Shown in pieces: positions 21,601 through 34,259 of a stretch of 64,000 bases of DNA. A program made the translations under genes and the position numbers. Every line of letters starts with the position of its first letter. The first letter of the stretch is position 1. The notes under the pieces are model-generated. The model saw nothing but the letters and a program-made list of their open reading frames with translations, had not been told where the DNA came from and ran no database searches. Source of the DNA: Macrostomum hystrix (lineage: Eukaryota > Animalia > Platyhelminthes); assembly GCA_950097015.1 (NCBI GenBank), contig CATNEN010000003.1, forward strand, positions 7,688,001-7,752,000, given 5' to 3'.

Positions 21601-24600
21601 TTGATAATCTAATGGATTTAGGGTCCAATTTATAATCTAATGGATTTCGGGTCCAATTGATATTCTAATGGATTTAGGGTCCCATTGATATTCTAATGAA
21701 TTTAGGGTCCAATTGATAATCTAATGGATTTAGGGTCCAGTTGATAATCTAATGGATTTAGGGTCCAATTGATAATCTAATGGATTTAGGGTCCAATTTA
21801 TAATCTAATGGATTTAGGGTCCAATTGATAATCTAATGGATTTAGGGTCCAATTGATAATCTAATGGATTTAGGGTCCAGTTGATAATATAATGGATTTA
21901 GGGTCCAATTGATATTCTAATGAATTTAGGGTCCAATTGATAATCTAATGGATTTAGGGTCCAATTTATAATCTAATGGATTTAGGGTCCCATTGATATT
22001 CTAATGAATTTAGGGTCCAATTGATAATCTAATGGATTTAGGGTCCAATTTATAATCTAATGGATTTCGGGTCCAATTGATATTCTAATGGATTTAGGGT
22101 CCCATTGATATTCTAATGAATTTAGGGTCCAATTGGTAATCTAATGGATTTAGGGTCCAATTTATAATCTAATGGATTTCGGGTCCAATTGATATTCTAA
22201 TGGATTTAGGGTCCAATTTATAATCTAATGGATTTAGGGTCCAATTGATAATCTAATGGATTTAGGGTCCAATTGATAATCTAATGGATTTAGGGTCCAG
22301 TTGATAATATAATGGATTTAGGGTCCAATTGATATTCTAATGAATTTAGGGTCCAATTGATAATCTAATGGATTTAGGGTCCAATTTATAATCTAATGGA
22401 TTTAGGGTCCCATTGATATTCTAATGGATTTAGGGTCCAATTGATAATCTAATGGATTTAGGGTCCAATTGATAATCTAATGGAATTAGGGCCTAACTGA
22501 TAACACAATTGATTTCCCATTGATATTTTGTGTTTGATTGATTAGCCTGTGGCTCTCTGCCACGACAAATCAGAAGTCAAGGCGGTGAAGCGGGTTAAGA
22601 CTGGGAGCTTTGGCTCACGTGGTCGGCATTTATTTGGTTTAGCTGAGTACAGATAATCTATTAGAATAAACTAAGGTTGTCTATATATGGAAATAAATCA
22701 AAGTTAAAGTCGTAACTAAATCCTAAATAAAAGTTCATTTGTGACGCTACAAGCCTATCAACTTTTAGTAAAATTGATGATTGATGATAATCAGCTAATC
22801 GATTTTGAAATACGTTTTTTTCAATCTTTCAGGTGCTCAAATTGGGCTTTCGAACTGACGAAATGCTTTTACACACTGAAGACGAAACTAATAATTCAAC
22901 TTCTAACGCTACTGGATTATCAACAGCAGCAGCAGCAGCAGCATCTATCTCGCCACGCGATGCTTCGCCCCGTCTAGACGGCGAGAAGTGTTTAATTCGT
23001 GTATCTGGCATGACTTGTTCCAGTTGCGTCTACACAATTGAACGCCAATTGAAGAAAGTAGCTGGAATACACAATGTGCTAGTGTCGCTAATGAGCGGCA
23101 CAGCCGAGGTTCGCTACGATCCGTCTTATATATTAGCCTCCCAGATTGCTAATAAAATTGTTGCCATCGGGTTCGAGGCTCAGGTCGGTTGGATTCGAGT
23201 TAGTTCGAACTTCTTCTGACCTTAAAAATTAATAATAATCTGTATTCTTCTTCATGTCTTTATAGCCAGACCTACATTGAACCCGTGACCTTGCTACTAG
23301 TTCAAACTCTGTGACAATACCACATATCCCACACCTATCCTACACCCATCCCACACCCATCCCACACCTATCACACACCTATCCTACACCTATCCTACAC
23401 CTATCCCACACCCATCCCACACCTATCCCACACCTATCCCACACCTATCCTACACCTATACCACACCTATCCTACACCTATCCCACACCCATCCCACACC
23501 TATCCTACACCTATCCCACACCCATCCCACACCTATCCCACACCCATCCCACACCTATCTTACACCTATCCCACACCTATCCCACACCCATCCCACACCT
23601 ATCCCACACCCATCCCACACCTATCCTACACCTATACCACACCTATCCCACACCCATCCCACACCTATCCCACACCCATCCCACACCTATCCTACACCTA
23701 TCCCACACCCATCCCACACCTATCCTACACCTATCCCACACCTATCCCACACCCATTCTACACCTATCCCACACCCATCCCACACCTATCCTACACCTAT
23801 ACCACATCTATCCTACACCCATCCCACACCTATCCTACACCTATACCACACCTATCCCACACCCATCCCACACCTATCCCACACCCATCCCACACCTATC
23901 CTACACCTATCCCACACCTATCCCACACCTATCCCACACCCATCCCACACCTATCCCACACCCATCCCACACCCATCCTACACCTATACCACATCTATCC
24001 TACACCCATCCCACACCCATCCCACACCCATCCCACATCTATCTCACACCCATCCCACCCCTATCCAACACCTATCCCATACCTATCCCACACCTATCCT
24101 ACACCCATCAACACCCATCCCACACCCATCCCACAAATATTCTACACCTATCACACATCTATCCTACACCTATACTACACCTGTTCCACACCTATCCCAC
24201 ACCGTCCCATATTTATTCTCATCATCCTTATCACTGTCTCCCAACAAAGGTAATGGAAGCCGATAACGGAGTCGGTTCGGCAGGTCCCGGTAGGACCACA
24301 GTCAACCTGGAAATTGGCGGCATGAGCTGCAGCTCGTGTGTAGCCAAAGTTGAAGCAGCCGCCTTGGCCGTACCTGGCGTAGTTGAAGCAGCCGTGGCTT
24401 TGCCAACGGAGCGCGGCAGATTTGTCTACGAGACAGACGCTACCGGACCTAGGTCAATCATTGCCGCTATTGTTGATGCCGGATTCACAGCTGTTCTAGC
24501 CAGCAATCTGTCGGCATCCGAGCGTCAAGGCCGTCGCATTGTTAGTCACACGAATCGTTGGAGAAAATCGTTTCTCTATTCGCTAGTGTTCGGCGTGCCA

Positions 24601-27600
24601 ACAATGATTGTTATGGCCGGTTTCATGGCCGCATTTGATCATTCCTGTCATTCGGGCAGTATGCCAACTTCGCATATGAATCCTAATGCGTCTGTGGCGC
24701 ATAACCTGCCCTGTACACCCATGGTTAGTTATTTATTACATTCATTTATAAGCCATTTATTGATCATAATGTCACATCTATGTACATTGGTCATTTAGTC
24801 ACAATGCCATATATGACCATCGGTCATTTTATCACTATGCCATCTATGACCATCGGTCATTTGATCACAATGCCATCTATGACCATCGGTCATTTGATCA
24901 CAATGCCATCTATGACCATCGGTCATTTGATCACAATGCTATCTATGATCATTGGTCATTCTCTCATAAATTTGTCTATGAGCATCGGTCATTTGATCAC
25001 AATGCTATCTACGATCATTTATCATTCTACCATACATTTATCTATGATCATTATTAATTTATCACAATACTATCTTTGTCATTTGATCACTCATTTGTCT
25101 ATGATCATCATTAGTTTATCACAATGCCATCTTTGTTATTTAATCACACACTTATCAATGCGCATAGGCCATTCGATTCCACAAGTATCTGTGGTCATTG
25201 GTCATTTGATCGACATTTTTCTGGTAATTACATTTTTTCAGGTAATAGCAGGCCTATCTTGGGAGAATTTGTTAATGTTCCTATTGGCCAGTCCCGTACA
25301 GTTTATTGGCGGTCGGTATTTCTACACGCAAACTTACAAGGCTTTACGCCATCGCACCACAAACATGGACGTCCTTATTGTCATGGCTACAACTATATCC
25401 TACATGTACTCGCTATTGGCCGTCATTGTGTCTATGGCGCTGCGTGAGCCCGGCAGTCCGAAGACATTCTTTGAGACAACTCCAATGCTGATGGTGTTTG
25501 TGTCGCTTGGTCGTTGGCTAGAGCACATCGCTAAGGGTAAGACTTCCGAAGCTCTGAGCAAGCTAATGTCGTTGCAAGCTACAGAAGCTAATTTGGTTAA
25601 ATTGGACGAACGCGGTGGTGTATTGAATAGCGAGAAGATATCCGTTGGCCTAGTACAACGCGGCGATAAGTTGCGAGTTGTGCCCGGCGAAAAAGTGCCC
25701 GCCGACGGGCGTGTCATTCACGGCGAGAGCGAAGTGAACGAGTCTATGATCACAGGCGAGCCACTGCCCGTTACTAAGGTAAACAAATCTATTTAAAAGT
25801 AATAGATTATAGGCGAACGTTTTTCTTATCTCTGGTAGCTTAGATATTATTAGTAGTAGTATTAGCAGTACGTTTAATACTACTAGTAGTAATATTAGTA
25901 GTAGCTTTAGTACTAGTTGTAGTAGTATTACCAGTACGTTTAATAATACTAGTAGTACTATTAGTAGTTGCTTTAGTACTAGTTGTAGTAGTATTATCAG
26001 TACGTGTAATACTACTAGTAGTAATATTAGTAGTAGCTTTTATTATAGTATTAGTAGTAAGTTGTAGTATTAATGGTCACAGTAGTCGTCTTAGTAGTAG
26101 TAGATATAACTATATTAGTAAATTTTTACATATAATGAATAACAGTTAGTGTTATTGTTACCTACCCGTTGCTTTGATGAACAATAATTTGAATGCTAAT
26201 TTTCGACCCATTTAGATACCCGGATCCGATGTCATTGGCGGCTCAATGAATCAGAATGGTGTCCTAATCATTGAAGCTACTCACGTTGGTTCAGATTCGG
26301 CCCTGTCACAAATTGTTCGCCTAGTTGAAGAGGCTCAAACTTCTAAAGCGCCTATACAACAGTTGGCTGACCGAATTGCTAGTTATTTTGTCCCAATGGT
26401 GCTAATTGTGTCTAGCATTACACTTGTTACCTGGATCATTGTCGGCTATGTTAAACCCGATGTTATTCCTGGTTAGTTAAAACTATTTTATTTATTATTG
26501 CTGGTAACCATTGTTCAGTTTAGGGAATGTGCATTTTAGAGACTGTTTAGTTTAGAGAATGTGTAGTTTAGCAAGTGTGTAGTTTAAGGGATGTGCAGTT
26601 TATGGAATCTGCAGTTTAGGGAATGTGCAATTTAGGGAATCTGCAGTTTAGGGGATGCGCAGTTTAAAGAATGTGTAGTTTAGGGGATGCGCAGTTTAGG
26701 GAATGTGCAGTTTAGGTAATCTGCAATTTAGGGAATCTGCAGTTTAGGGGATGCGCAGTTTAGGGAATCTGCATTTTTAGGGAATGTGTAGTTTAGGGGA
26801 TGCGCAGTTTAGAGAATGTGTAGTTTAGGGGATGCGCAGTTTAGAGAATGTGTAGTTTAGGGAATCTGCATTTTTAGGGAATGTGTAGTTTAGAGAATGT
26901 GTAGTATAGGGGATGCGCAGTTTAAGGGAATCTGCAGTTTAGGGAATGTGTAGTTTAGAGAATGTGTAGTATAGGGGATGCGCAGTTTAAGGGAATCTGC
27001 AGTTTAGGGGATGCGCAGTTTAGGGAATCTGCATTTTTAGGGAATGTGTAGTTTAGGGGATGCGCAGTTTAGAGAATGTGTAGTTTAGGGGATGCGCAGT
27101 TTAGAGAATGTGTAGTTTAGGGAATCTGCATTTTTAGGGAATGTGCAGTTTAGGGAATCTGCAGTTTAGGGAATGTGCAGTTTAGGGAATCTTCAGTTTA
27201 GGGACTGTGTATTTTAGGGAATGTGCAGTTTAGGTAATCTGCAATTTAGGGAATCTGCAGTTTAGGGGATGCGCAGTTTTGGGGATGCGCAGTTTAGGGA
27301 ATGTGTAGTTTAGGGGATGCGCAGTTTAGAGAATGTGTAGTTTAGGGAATCTGCAGTTTAGGGAATGTGCAGTTTAGGGAATCTGCAGTTTAGGGATGCG
27401 CAGTTTAGGGGATGCGCGGTTTAGGGAATCTGCAGTTTAGGGGATGCGCAGTTTAGGGAATCTGCATTTTAGGGAATGTGTAGTTTAGAGAATGTGTAGT
27501 ATAGGGGATGCGCAGTTTAAGGGAATCTGCAGTTTAGGGAATGTGTAGTTTAGAGAATGTGTAGTATAGGGGATGCGCAGTTTAAGGGAATCTGCAGTTT

Positions 27601-30600
27601 AGGGAATGTGTAGTTTAGAGAATGTGTAGTTTAGAGGATGCGCAGTTTAAGGGAATCTGCAGTTTAGGGAATGTGTAGTATAGGGGATGCGCAGTTTAAG
27701 GGAATCTGCAGTTTAGGGAATGTGTAGTTTAGAGAATGTGTAGTATAGGGGATGCGCAGTTTAAGGGAATCTGCAGTTTAGGGGATGCGCAGTTTAGGGA
27801 ATCTGCATTTTTAGGGAATGTGTAGTTTAGGGGATGCGCAGTTTAGAGAATGTGTAGTTTAGGGGATGCGCAGTTTAGAGAATGTGTAGTTTAGGGAATC
27901 TGCATTTTTAGGGAATGTGCAGTTTAGGGAATCTGCAGTTTAGGGAATGTGCAGTTTAGGGAATCTTCAGTTTAGGGACTGTGTATTTTAGGGAATGTGC
28001 AGTTTAGGTAATCTGCAATTTAGGGAATCTGCAGTTTAGGGGATGCGCAGTTTTGGGGATGCGCAGTTTAGGGAATGTGTAGTTTAGGGGATGCGCAGTT
28101 TAGAGAATGTGTAGTTTAGGGAATCTGCAGTTTAGGGAATGTGCAGTTTAGGGAATCTGCAGTTTAGGGATGCGCAGTTTAGGGGATGCGCGGTTTAGGG
28201 AATCTGCAGTTTAGGGGATGCGCAGTTTAGGGAATCTGCATTTTAGGGAATGTGTAGTTTAGAGAATGTGTAGTATAGGGGATGCGCAGTTTAAGGGAAT
28301 CTGCAGTTTAGGGAATGTGTAGTTTAGAGAATGTGTAGTATAGGGGATGCGCAGTTTAAGGGAATCTGCAGTTTAGGGAATGTGTAGTTTAGAGAATGTG
28401 TAGTTTAGAGGATGCGCAGTTTAAGGGAATCTGCAGTTTAGGGAATGTGTAGTATAGGGGATGCGCAGTTTAAGGGAATCTGCAGTTTAGGGAATGTGTA
28501 GTTTAGAGAATGTGTAGTATAGGGGATGCGCAGTTTAAGGGAATCTGCAGTTTAGGGGATGCGCAGTTTAGGGAATCTGCATTTTTAGGGAATGTGTAGT
28601 TTAGGGGATGCGCAGTTTAGAGAATGTGTAGTTTAGGGGATGCGCAGTTTAGAGAATGTGTAGTTTAGGGGATGCGCAGTTTAGAGAATGTGTAGTTTAG
28701 GGAATCTGCATTTTTAGGGAATGTGCAGTTTAGGGAATCTTCAGTTTAGGGACTGTGTATTTTAGGGAATGTGCAGTTTAGGTAATCTGCAATTTAGGGA
28801 ATCTGCAGTTTAGGGGATGCGCAGTTTTGGGGATGCGCAGTTTAGGGAATGTGTAGTTTAGGGGATGCGCAGTTTAGAGAATGTGTAGTTTAGGGAATCT
28901 GCAGTTTAGGGAATGTGCAGTTTAGGGAATCTGCAGTTTAGGGATGCGCAGTTTAGGGGATGCGCGGTTTAGGGAATCTGCAGTTTAGGGGATGCGCAGT
29001 TTAGGGAATCTGCATTTTAGGGAATGTGTAGTTTAGAGAATGTGTAGTATAGGGGATGCGCAGTTTAAGGGAATCTGCAGTTTAGGGAATGTGTAGTTTA
29101 GAGAATGTGTAGTATAGGGGATGCGCAGTTTAAGGGAATCTGCAGTTTAGGGAATGTGTAGTTTAGAGAATGTGTAGTTTAGAGGATGCGCAGTTTAAGG
29201 GAATCTGCAGTTTAGGGAATGTGTAGTATAGGGGATGCGCAGTTTAAGGGAATCTGCAGTTTAGGGAATGTGTAGTTTAGAGAATGTGTAGTATAGGGGA
29301 TGCGCAGTTTAAGGGAATCTGCAGTTTAGGGAATGTGTAGTTTAGGGGATGCGCAGTTTAAGTGAATCTGCAGTTTAGGGAATGTGTAGTTTAGGGAATG
29401 TGCAGTTTAGGGAATGTGTAGTTTAGAGAATGTGTAGTATAGGGGATGCGCAGTTTAAGGGAATCTGCAGTTTAGGGAATGTGTAGTTTAGGGGATGCGC
29501 AGTTTAAGGGAATCTGCAGTTTAGGGAATGTGTAGTTTAGGGGATGCGCAGTTTAGAGAATGTGTAGTATAGGGGATGCGCAGTTTAAGGGAATCTGCAG
29601 TTTCGGGAATGTGTAGTTTAGAGAATGTGTAGTTTAGGGGATGCGCAGTTTAAGGGAATCTGCAGTTTAGGGAATGTGTAGTTTAGGGGATGCGCAGTTT
29701 AAGTGAATCTGCAGTTTAGGGAATGTGTAGTTTAGGGAATGTGCAGTTTAGGGAATGTGTAGTTTAGAGAATGTGTAGTATAGGGGATGCGCAGTTTAAG
29801 GGAATCTGCAGTTTAGGGAATGTGTAGTTTAGGGGATGCGCAGTTTAAGGGAATCTGCAGTTTAGGGAATGTGTAGTTTAGGGGATGCGCAGTTTAGAGA
29901 ATGTGTAGTATAGGGGATGCGCAGTTTAAGGGAATCTGCAGTTTCGGGAATGTGTAGTTTAGAGAATGTGTAGTTTAGGGGATGCGCAGTTTAGGGAATC
30001 TGCATTTTAGGGAATGTGCAGTTAAGGGAATGTACAGTTTTGGTAATGTGCAGTGAAGATAATGTTAAGTTTAGGGAATGTATAAGTTTATAGAATGTAA
30101 ATTTTAGGGAATGTACAGTTTAGAGACAGTACAGTTAATACTATCCGCAGTTTATAAAGCTCATTTAGGTGTTCATTAACACCCAAAATCCTTGCAGACG
30201 ATGGCACTGGAATCAGTCTACACGAGCGCATCTGGGAGCACGCATTCAAACTAGCCATCACTGTGCTATCAATAGCCTGTCCGTGTGCTCTAGGCTTGGC
30301 AACGCCAACAGCTGTTATGGTTGGCACAGGTGTTGGCGCTGTTAATGGAATCCTAATTAAAGGCGGCGAACCCTTGGAAACTGCTCACCGAGTTACTCAC
30401 GTCATCTTTGACAAGACTGGCACTATTACATTCGGCAAGCCGGAGGTTACTAAACTATTTCTATTTGTTAGCGAGCGCATGCTGCCTATCTCTGACTTCC
30501 TACAGACCCTCGGCTTAGCCGAAGCTAACTCTGAGCACGCCATTGCTCAGGCTATTTGCGGATTTGTTAGGCGAGCATTTTGCGACAGGCAGGACTGGGG

Positions 30601-33600
30601 CAACTGCAGCAATTTTCAGGTTGGTTTCCTTAATTCTATCTACTAATCCCACTATTCTGTCTACTAATCCTACTCTTCTGTCTACTAATCCTACTATTCT
30701 GTCTACTAATCCCACTATTCTGTCTACTAATCCTACTATTCTGTCTACTAATCCCACTATTCTGTCTACTAATCCCACTAATCTGTCTACTAATCTTACT
30801 ATTCTATCTACTAATCCCACTATTCTGTCTACTAATCCCACTAATCTGTCTGCTAATCCCACTATTGTCTACTAATCCCACGATTCTGTCAACTAATCCT
30901 ACTATTCTGTCTACTAATCCCACGATTCTGTCAACTAATCCTACTATTCCGTCTACTAATCCTACGATTCTGTCAACTAATCCTACTATTCTGTCTACTA
31001 ATCCCACGATTCTGTCAACTAATCCTACTATTCTGTCTACTAATCCCACGATTCTGTCAACTAATCCTACTATTCTGTCAACTAATCCTACTATTCTGTC
31101 TACTAATCCCACTATTGTCTACTAATCCCACTATTCTGTATACTAATCCCTCAATTTTATCAACTGATCTCACTCTTCTATCTTCTAATCACACTATTCT
31201 ATTTAATTACCTACTTTTCTATTTCTCTAAGTATCTGATACTCGTATCTTGTTCTCGTGTTTTCTTCGGTTCCCCTACTTTTAGTCTATTCTAAGCATAC
31301 TACTTATACGCTGGTTTAATTCAGTAGTGTGTAAGGCGTGTTGTACACATAATCAACCCACGCCTGTCAATGCAACAGGCTGTGCCAGGCTACGGTCTTG
31401 GCTGTCGAGTTGCTCTGAACATGCGCCTAGCGGAGCGTCTGAAGTCCGAGGGCGTTGAACTTGACTGCGGTGGCGTGCACATTCAACGCGTCGACTCGCC
31501 CGAAGTTGACATAGGCGGCCTTCGCGCCGAAGCTCTAATCCAAGTCGATTCAACATCCAGTAGCTTCGGTAGTCGCTTAGCAACCGGCGGTCATCAGACT
31601 GGCAATTCGGATTCGCTGCCAGTATTGATTGGCAATCGATCTTGGATGCTAAAAAATGGAGTGCACGTTCCGCCTACAGTTGATGAGGTGAGTTGCATTC
31701 TATGAATTACAAATATTCAATAGAAATTGTGCCAGATTTCAGTTTAACAAAAATGTTACTAATTAATGTTCTTAAAAATAGATTTACTGCTATTACTTTA
31801 TGTGGCTATTTATAGAAGCGTGGCTGCAGCCTAGCACTTAGGGTGTCGTACTCCTTACTTGAAGGTCCGAGGTTCGATTCCCGAACCCGCTGGAAAAACT
31901 TGTGTCCTTCAGCCACGACATTTTTCTCTGCATTGCTTCAGTTCACCTATCTTAAATAGGTACCAGCATTAGCTGGGGTTATTAAGGACGTGTGTGTAGC
32001 ATCCCACCAGTCCATGGACTGAACAGCTGTACGCGACCTTATTCAGACGCGCCGCGCAATAGCTGCGGCTGTGCTATCGACTGCACCTCGGGCCAAATTT
32101 GAGAAGGTGTAATAAATAATTTATTTATCTAAGTAATGAAGTCATCGTCTTGTGTCTTTATTCTGTAGTTAGAATGCCTAGTTTGCTAAGTTCGTTTTTC
32201 TGAGTAGCCGATATGTATCGAAAAATATTTCGCATAGCTGTGTTTAAATAATAATTTTTTAACAACTCCAGGTGATGCAAGCGGCAGAGGAGAACGGTGA
32301 AACGGTAGTTCTGTGCACAATCGCTGGCCAATTAGCTGGCATGGTGTCTGTCTCAGATCGAGTCAAACCAGAGGCTAAACTAGCTGTCCACGCTCTAACC
32401 CAGCTTGGTAGAAAAGTCTGCCTGCTAACTGGTGACAATCGTAAAACAGCTCTAGCCATAGCTCGCGAGGTTGGCATTAGGACGGTATTTGCCGAGGTGC
32501 TTCCCCAGCACAAGGTGTCCAAAGTGCAACAATTTCAACGCGATCCCGGAGCTCGCGTGGCTATGATTGGCGACGGAATTAATGACTCGCCAGCGTTGGC
32601 TCAAGCCGATGTTGGAATCGCCATTGGCACTGGTGAGTTTTTTAATGCAAACAGTCTCTAATTAGAAGCTTTCAATTTAAAAAATTATGAAAAAAAATTC
32701 CAACAATATCTGAATTCATTCTTAGATTTATCGATTTTTTTCATTTATCGATTTATAGATTTTTCAATTTATAGATTTTTCGATTTATCGGTTTTTTCGA
32801 TTTAAAGATTTTTTCGATTTAAAGATTTTTTCGATTTAAAGATTTTTTCGATTCAAAGATTTTTTTGATTTATCGATTTTTTCGATTTAAAGATTTATCT
32901 ATTTTTCTGATTTATCTATGTATTCTATTTTTGCTTTTTCGATTTTTTGATTTTAGCCAATCAATATCTAAAATCTAACATCTCACAGGAACCGACGTCG
33001 CTGTGGAAGCCGCTGACGTTGTACTAATACGCAACAATCTCCTAGATGTTGTTGCAGCCATCTCGCTGAGCACAGTTACCGTGCGTAGGATTCGTCTCAA
33101 TTTTGTAGCCGCCACAGTTTATAATCTGGTTGGCATTCCGATTGCCGCCGGAGCTTTTATGCCCCTTGGCCTGGAGCTAAAACCGTGGATGGCCTCGGCA
33201 GCAATGGCAATGAGCTCCGTTAGCGTTGTCTGTTTGAGTCTGCTATTGAAGACTTGGAGTCGGCCTAGCGAGGCTTCTCTCAGGGCTGGCGGATTCACTG
33301 ATCGGCCGTTGCGACGCGATGAAGTTCAGGTTTGTTTTTTTATTGCCTACGAGCTATCTTCATTGCCTCTCTTTCTACCTTGTTGAACTTAACATACTTA
33401 ACATATCTAGTCAAGTTTTGTACAGATTTAGTATTTTAATCGTGTATAGATCTAGTAGTATAAGCGTGTACAGATTTATGTAGTATAACCATGTACAGAT
33501 CTAGTATAATCATTTTTAGATCTAATCTAATCGTGTACAGATCATGTCTAACCGATGCCAAATCGATTTTTCTTTCAAGGTCTACCGCGGCTCCGAGCAC

Positions 33601-33876
33601 TTTCGGCAATCGTTTGACGCCGGCGGCGGCGGCGGCGGCCGAAACGATCGCAACTCTGGCCGACTGTCAGTGCGCAGTATTCTATCGAAGCTCAGTGGCG
33701 GCGCCGCTGGCGGCAGCGGCCTTGGCGTCGGTTTCATCGGCGGCGGCACTTCGTCTAATAATCGACGACCGCCTAGCGAGCAGAGTCGCAGCCTACTGGA
33801 GGAAGGCGGCAGCAGCGATGACGAAAATAGCGACAACGAAAACGGGCACCTAGGCGAAGCTGTCTCTCCGGTTTGA
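18606..33876 (+). CDS. ATP7: Copper-transporting P1B-type ATPase (ATP7A/B homolog); exons 18606-19443, 20060-20589, 22833-23183, 24250-24723, 25242-25778, 26216-26471, 30198-30619, 31379-31687, 32272-32632, 32989-33329, 33580-33876
   Basis: Seven GMxCxxC HMA motifs, [51 protein letters not shown] and MAMSS. All junctions are GT-AG and phase-consistent. An in-frame TAG at 18597 supports the ATG. Confidence 0.96.
19615..19705 (+). mobile_element. tRNA-derived SINE head, family A (truncated)
   Basis: A-box-like TGTAGCCTAGTCATTAG and B-box GGTTCGATTCC; homologous to 31820-31905. Confidence 0.6.
19710..19956 (-). mobile_element. SINE family A copy, reverse orientation, internally deleted
   Basis: Reverse complement of 31930-32100 (CATTGCTTCAG.TCACC...GTACCAGCAT.AGCTGGGGT...GTCCATGGACTGAACAGCTGTACGC...CGCCGCGCAATAGCTGCGGCTGTGCT), plus a reversed B-box and a (TAA)n tract at its tail. 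Confidence 0.7.
20660..21245. repeat. 28-bp minisatellite variant A (GATTTTGAGTTTGATTGATTATCCTATT)
   Basis: Tandem copies. Confidence 0.92.
21250..22495. repeat. 28-bp minisatellite variant B (GATTTAGGGTCCAATTGATAATCTAATG) with a 420-bp (15-unit) higher-order duplication
   Basis: Sequence from 21301 recurs identically at 21721. Confidence 0.92.
23320..24205. repeat. 12-bp minisatellite (CACACCTATCCC)
   Basis: Tandem copies. Confidence 0.9.
24780..25210. repeat. Degenerate 33-bp minisatellite (ATGACCATCGGTCATTTGATCACAATGCCATCT)
   Basis: Several clear copies, then decay. Confidence 0.75.
26515..30060. repeat. 16-bp minisatellite (CAGTTTAGGGAATGTG variants) with a 774-bp higher-order repeat
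   Basis: Rare variant CTTCAGTTTAGGGACTGTGT at 27191, 27965 and 28739 (spacing 774). Confidence 0.92.
30635..31150. repeat. 21-bp minisatellite (CTACTAATCCCACTATTCTGT)
   Basis: Tandem copies. Confidence 0.9.
31818..32125 (+). mobile_element. tRNA-derived SINE family A, near full length, CORE-like central domain
   Basis: A/B-box head (GCAGCCTAGCACTTAGG...GGTTCGATTCCC), then TGTGTCCTT...TTGCTTCAGTTCACC..TAAATAGGTACC resembling the CORE domain, then an AATAAA-rich tail. A second copy lies at 19710-19956. Confidence 0.7.
32725..32900. repeat. ~17-bp AT-rich tandem repeat (TTTTTCGATTTAAAGAT)
   Basis: Tandem copies. Confidence 0.7.
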
Positions 33877-33916
33877 ACAAGATTTTTATGCTTTCCGATT
33901 TTTTTGTGTTTTGTGA

Positions 33917-34042
33917 TGACGTCATGCAGATAAATATAGGCCCGCAACGATGACGTCATCGTGTGGTTAATTTTAGACGCGCTTCAATGACGTCACTTTT
34001 CAATAACCTGTCATGTTGCTAATTATAGCTGCCATGACGTCA
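33917..34042. promoter_or_regulatory. Cluster of four perfect CRE/ATF palindromes TGACGTCA
   Basis: At 33917, 33951, 33988 and 34035; function unproven. Confidence 0.4.
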
Positions 34043-34259
34043 TCATTTTATAGTAGTTCAACTGATGAGTTTAACATATAGTATTTTAGTTTTGTATGTA
34101 TTCAATTGTTCATTTTATTTATCTATTTATTTTGCTTATATATAAGCATATTCTGTGATTACCAAATACCGCATGTTAATATTTAAACTTCGTTCATACA
34201 ATTTGGGAATTTACTTATATTAACGTCTTTCATTAAAAAATAAATTGTTTATTCCATAT

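Noticed and set aside
26515-30060. Telomere or interstitial telomeric array
   Set aside because: TTAGGG is embedded in a 16-bp unit, never tandem, and lies inside an intron
30169-30197. Alternative ATP7 acceptor at 30168
   Set aside because: Gives an immediate in-frame stop; the acceptor at 30197 keeps the frame
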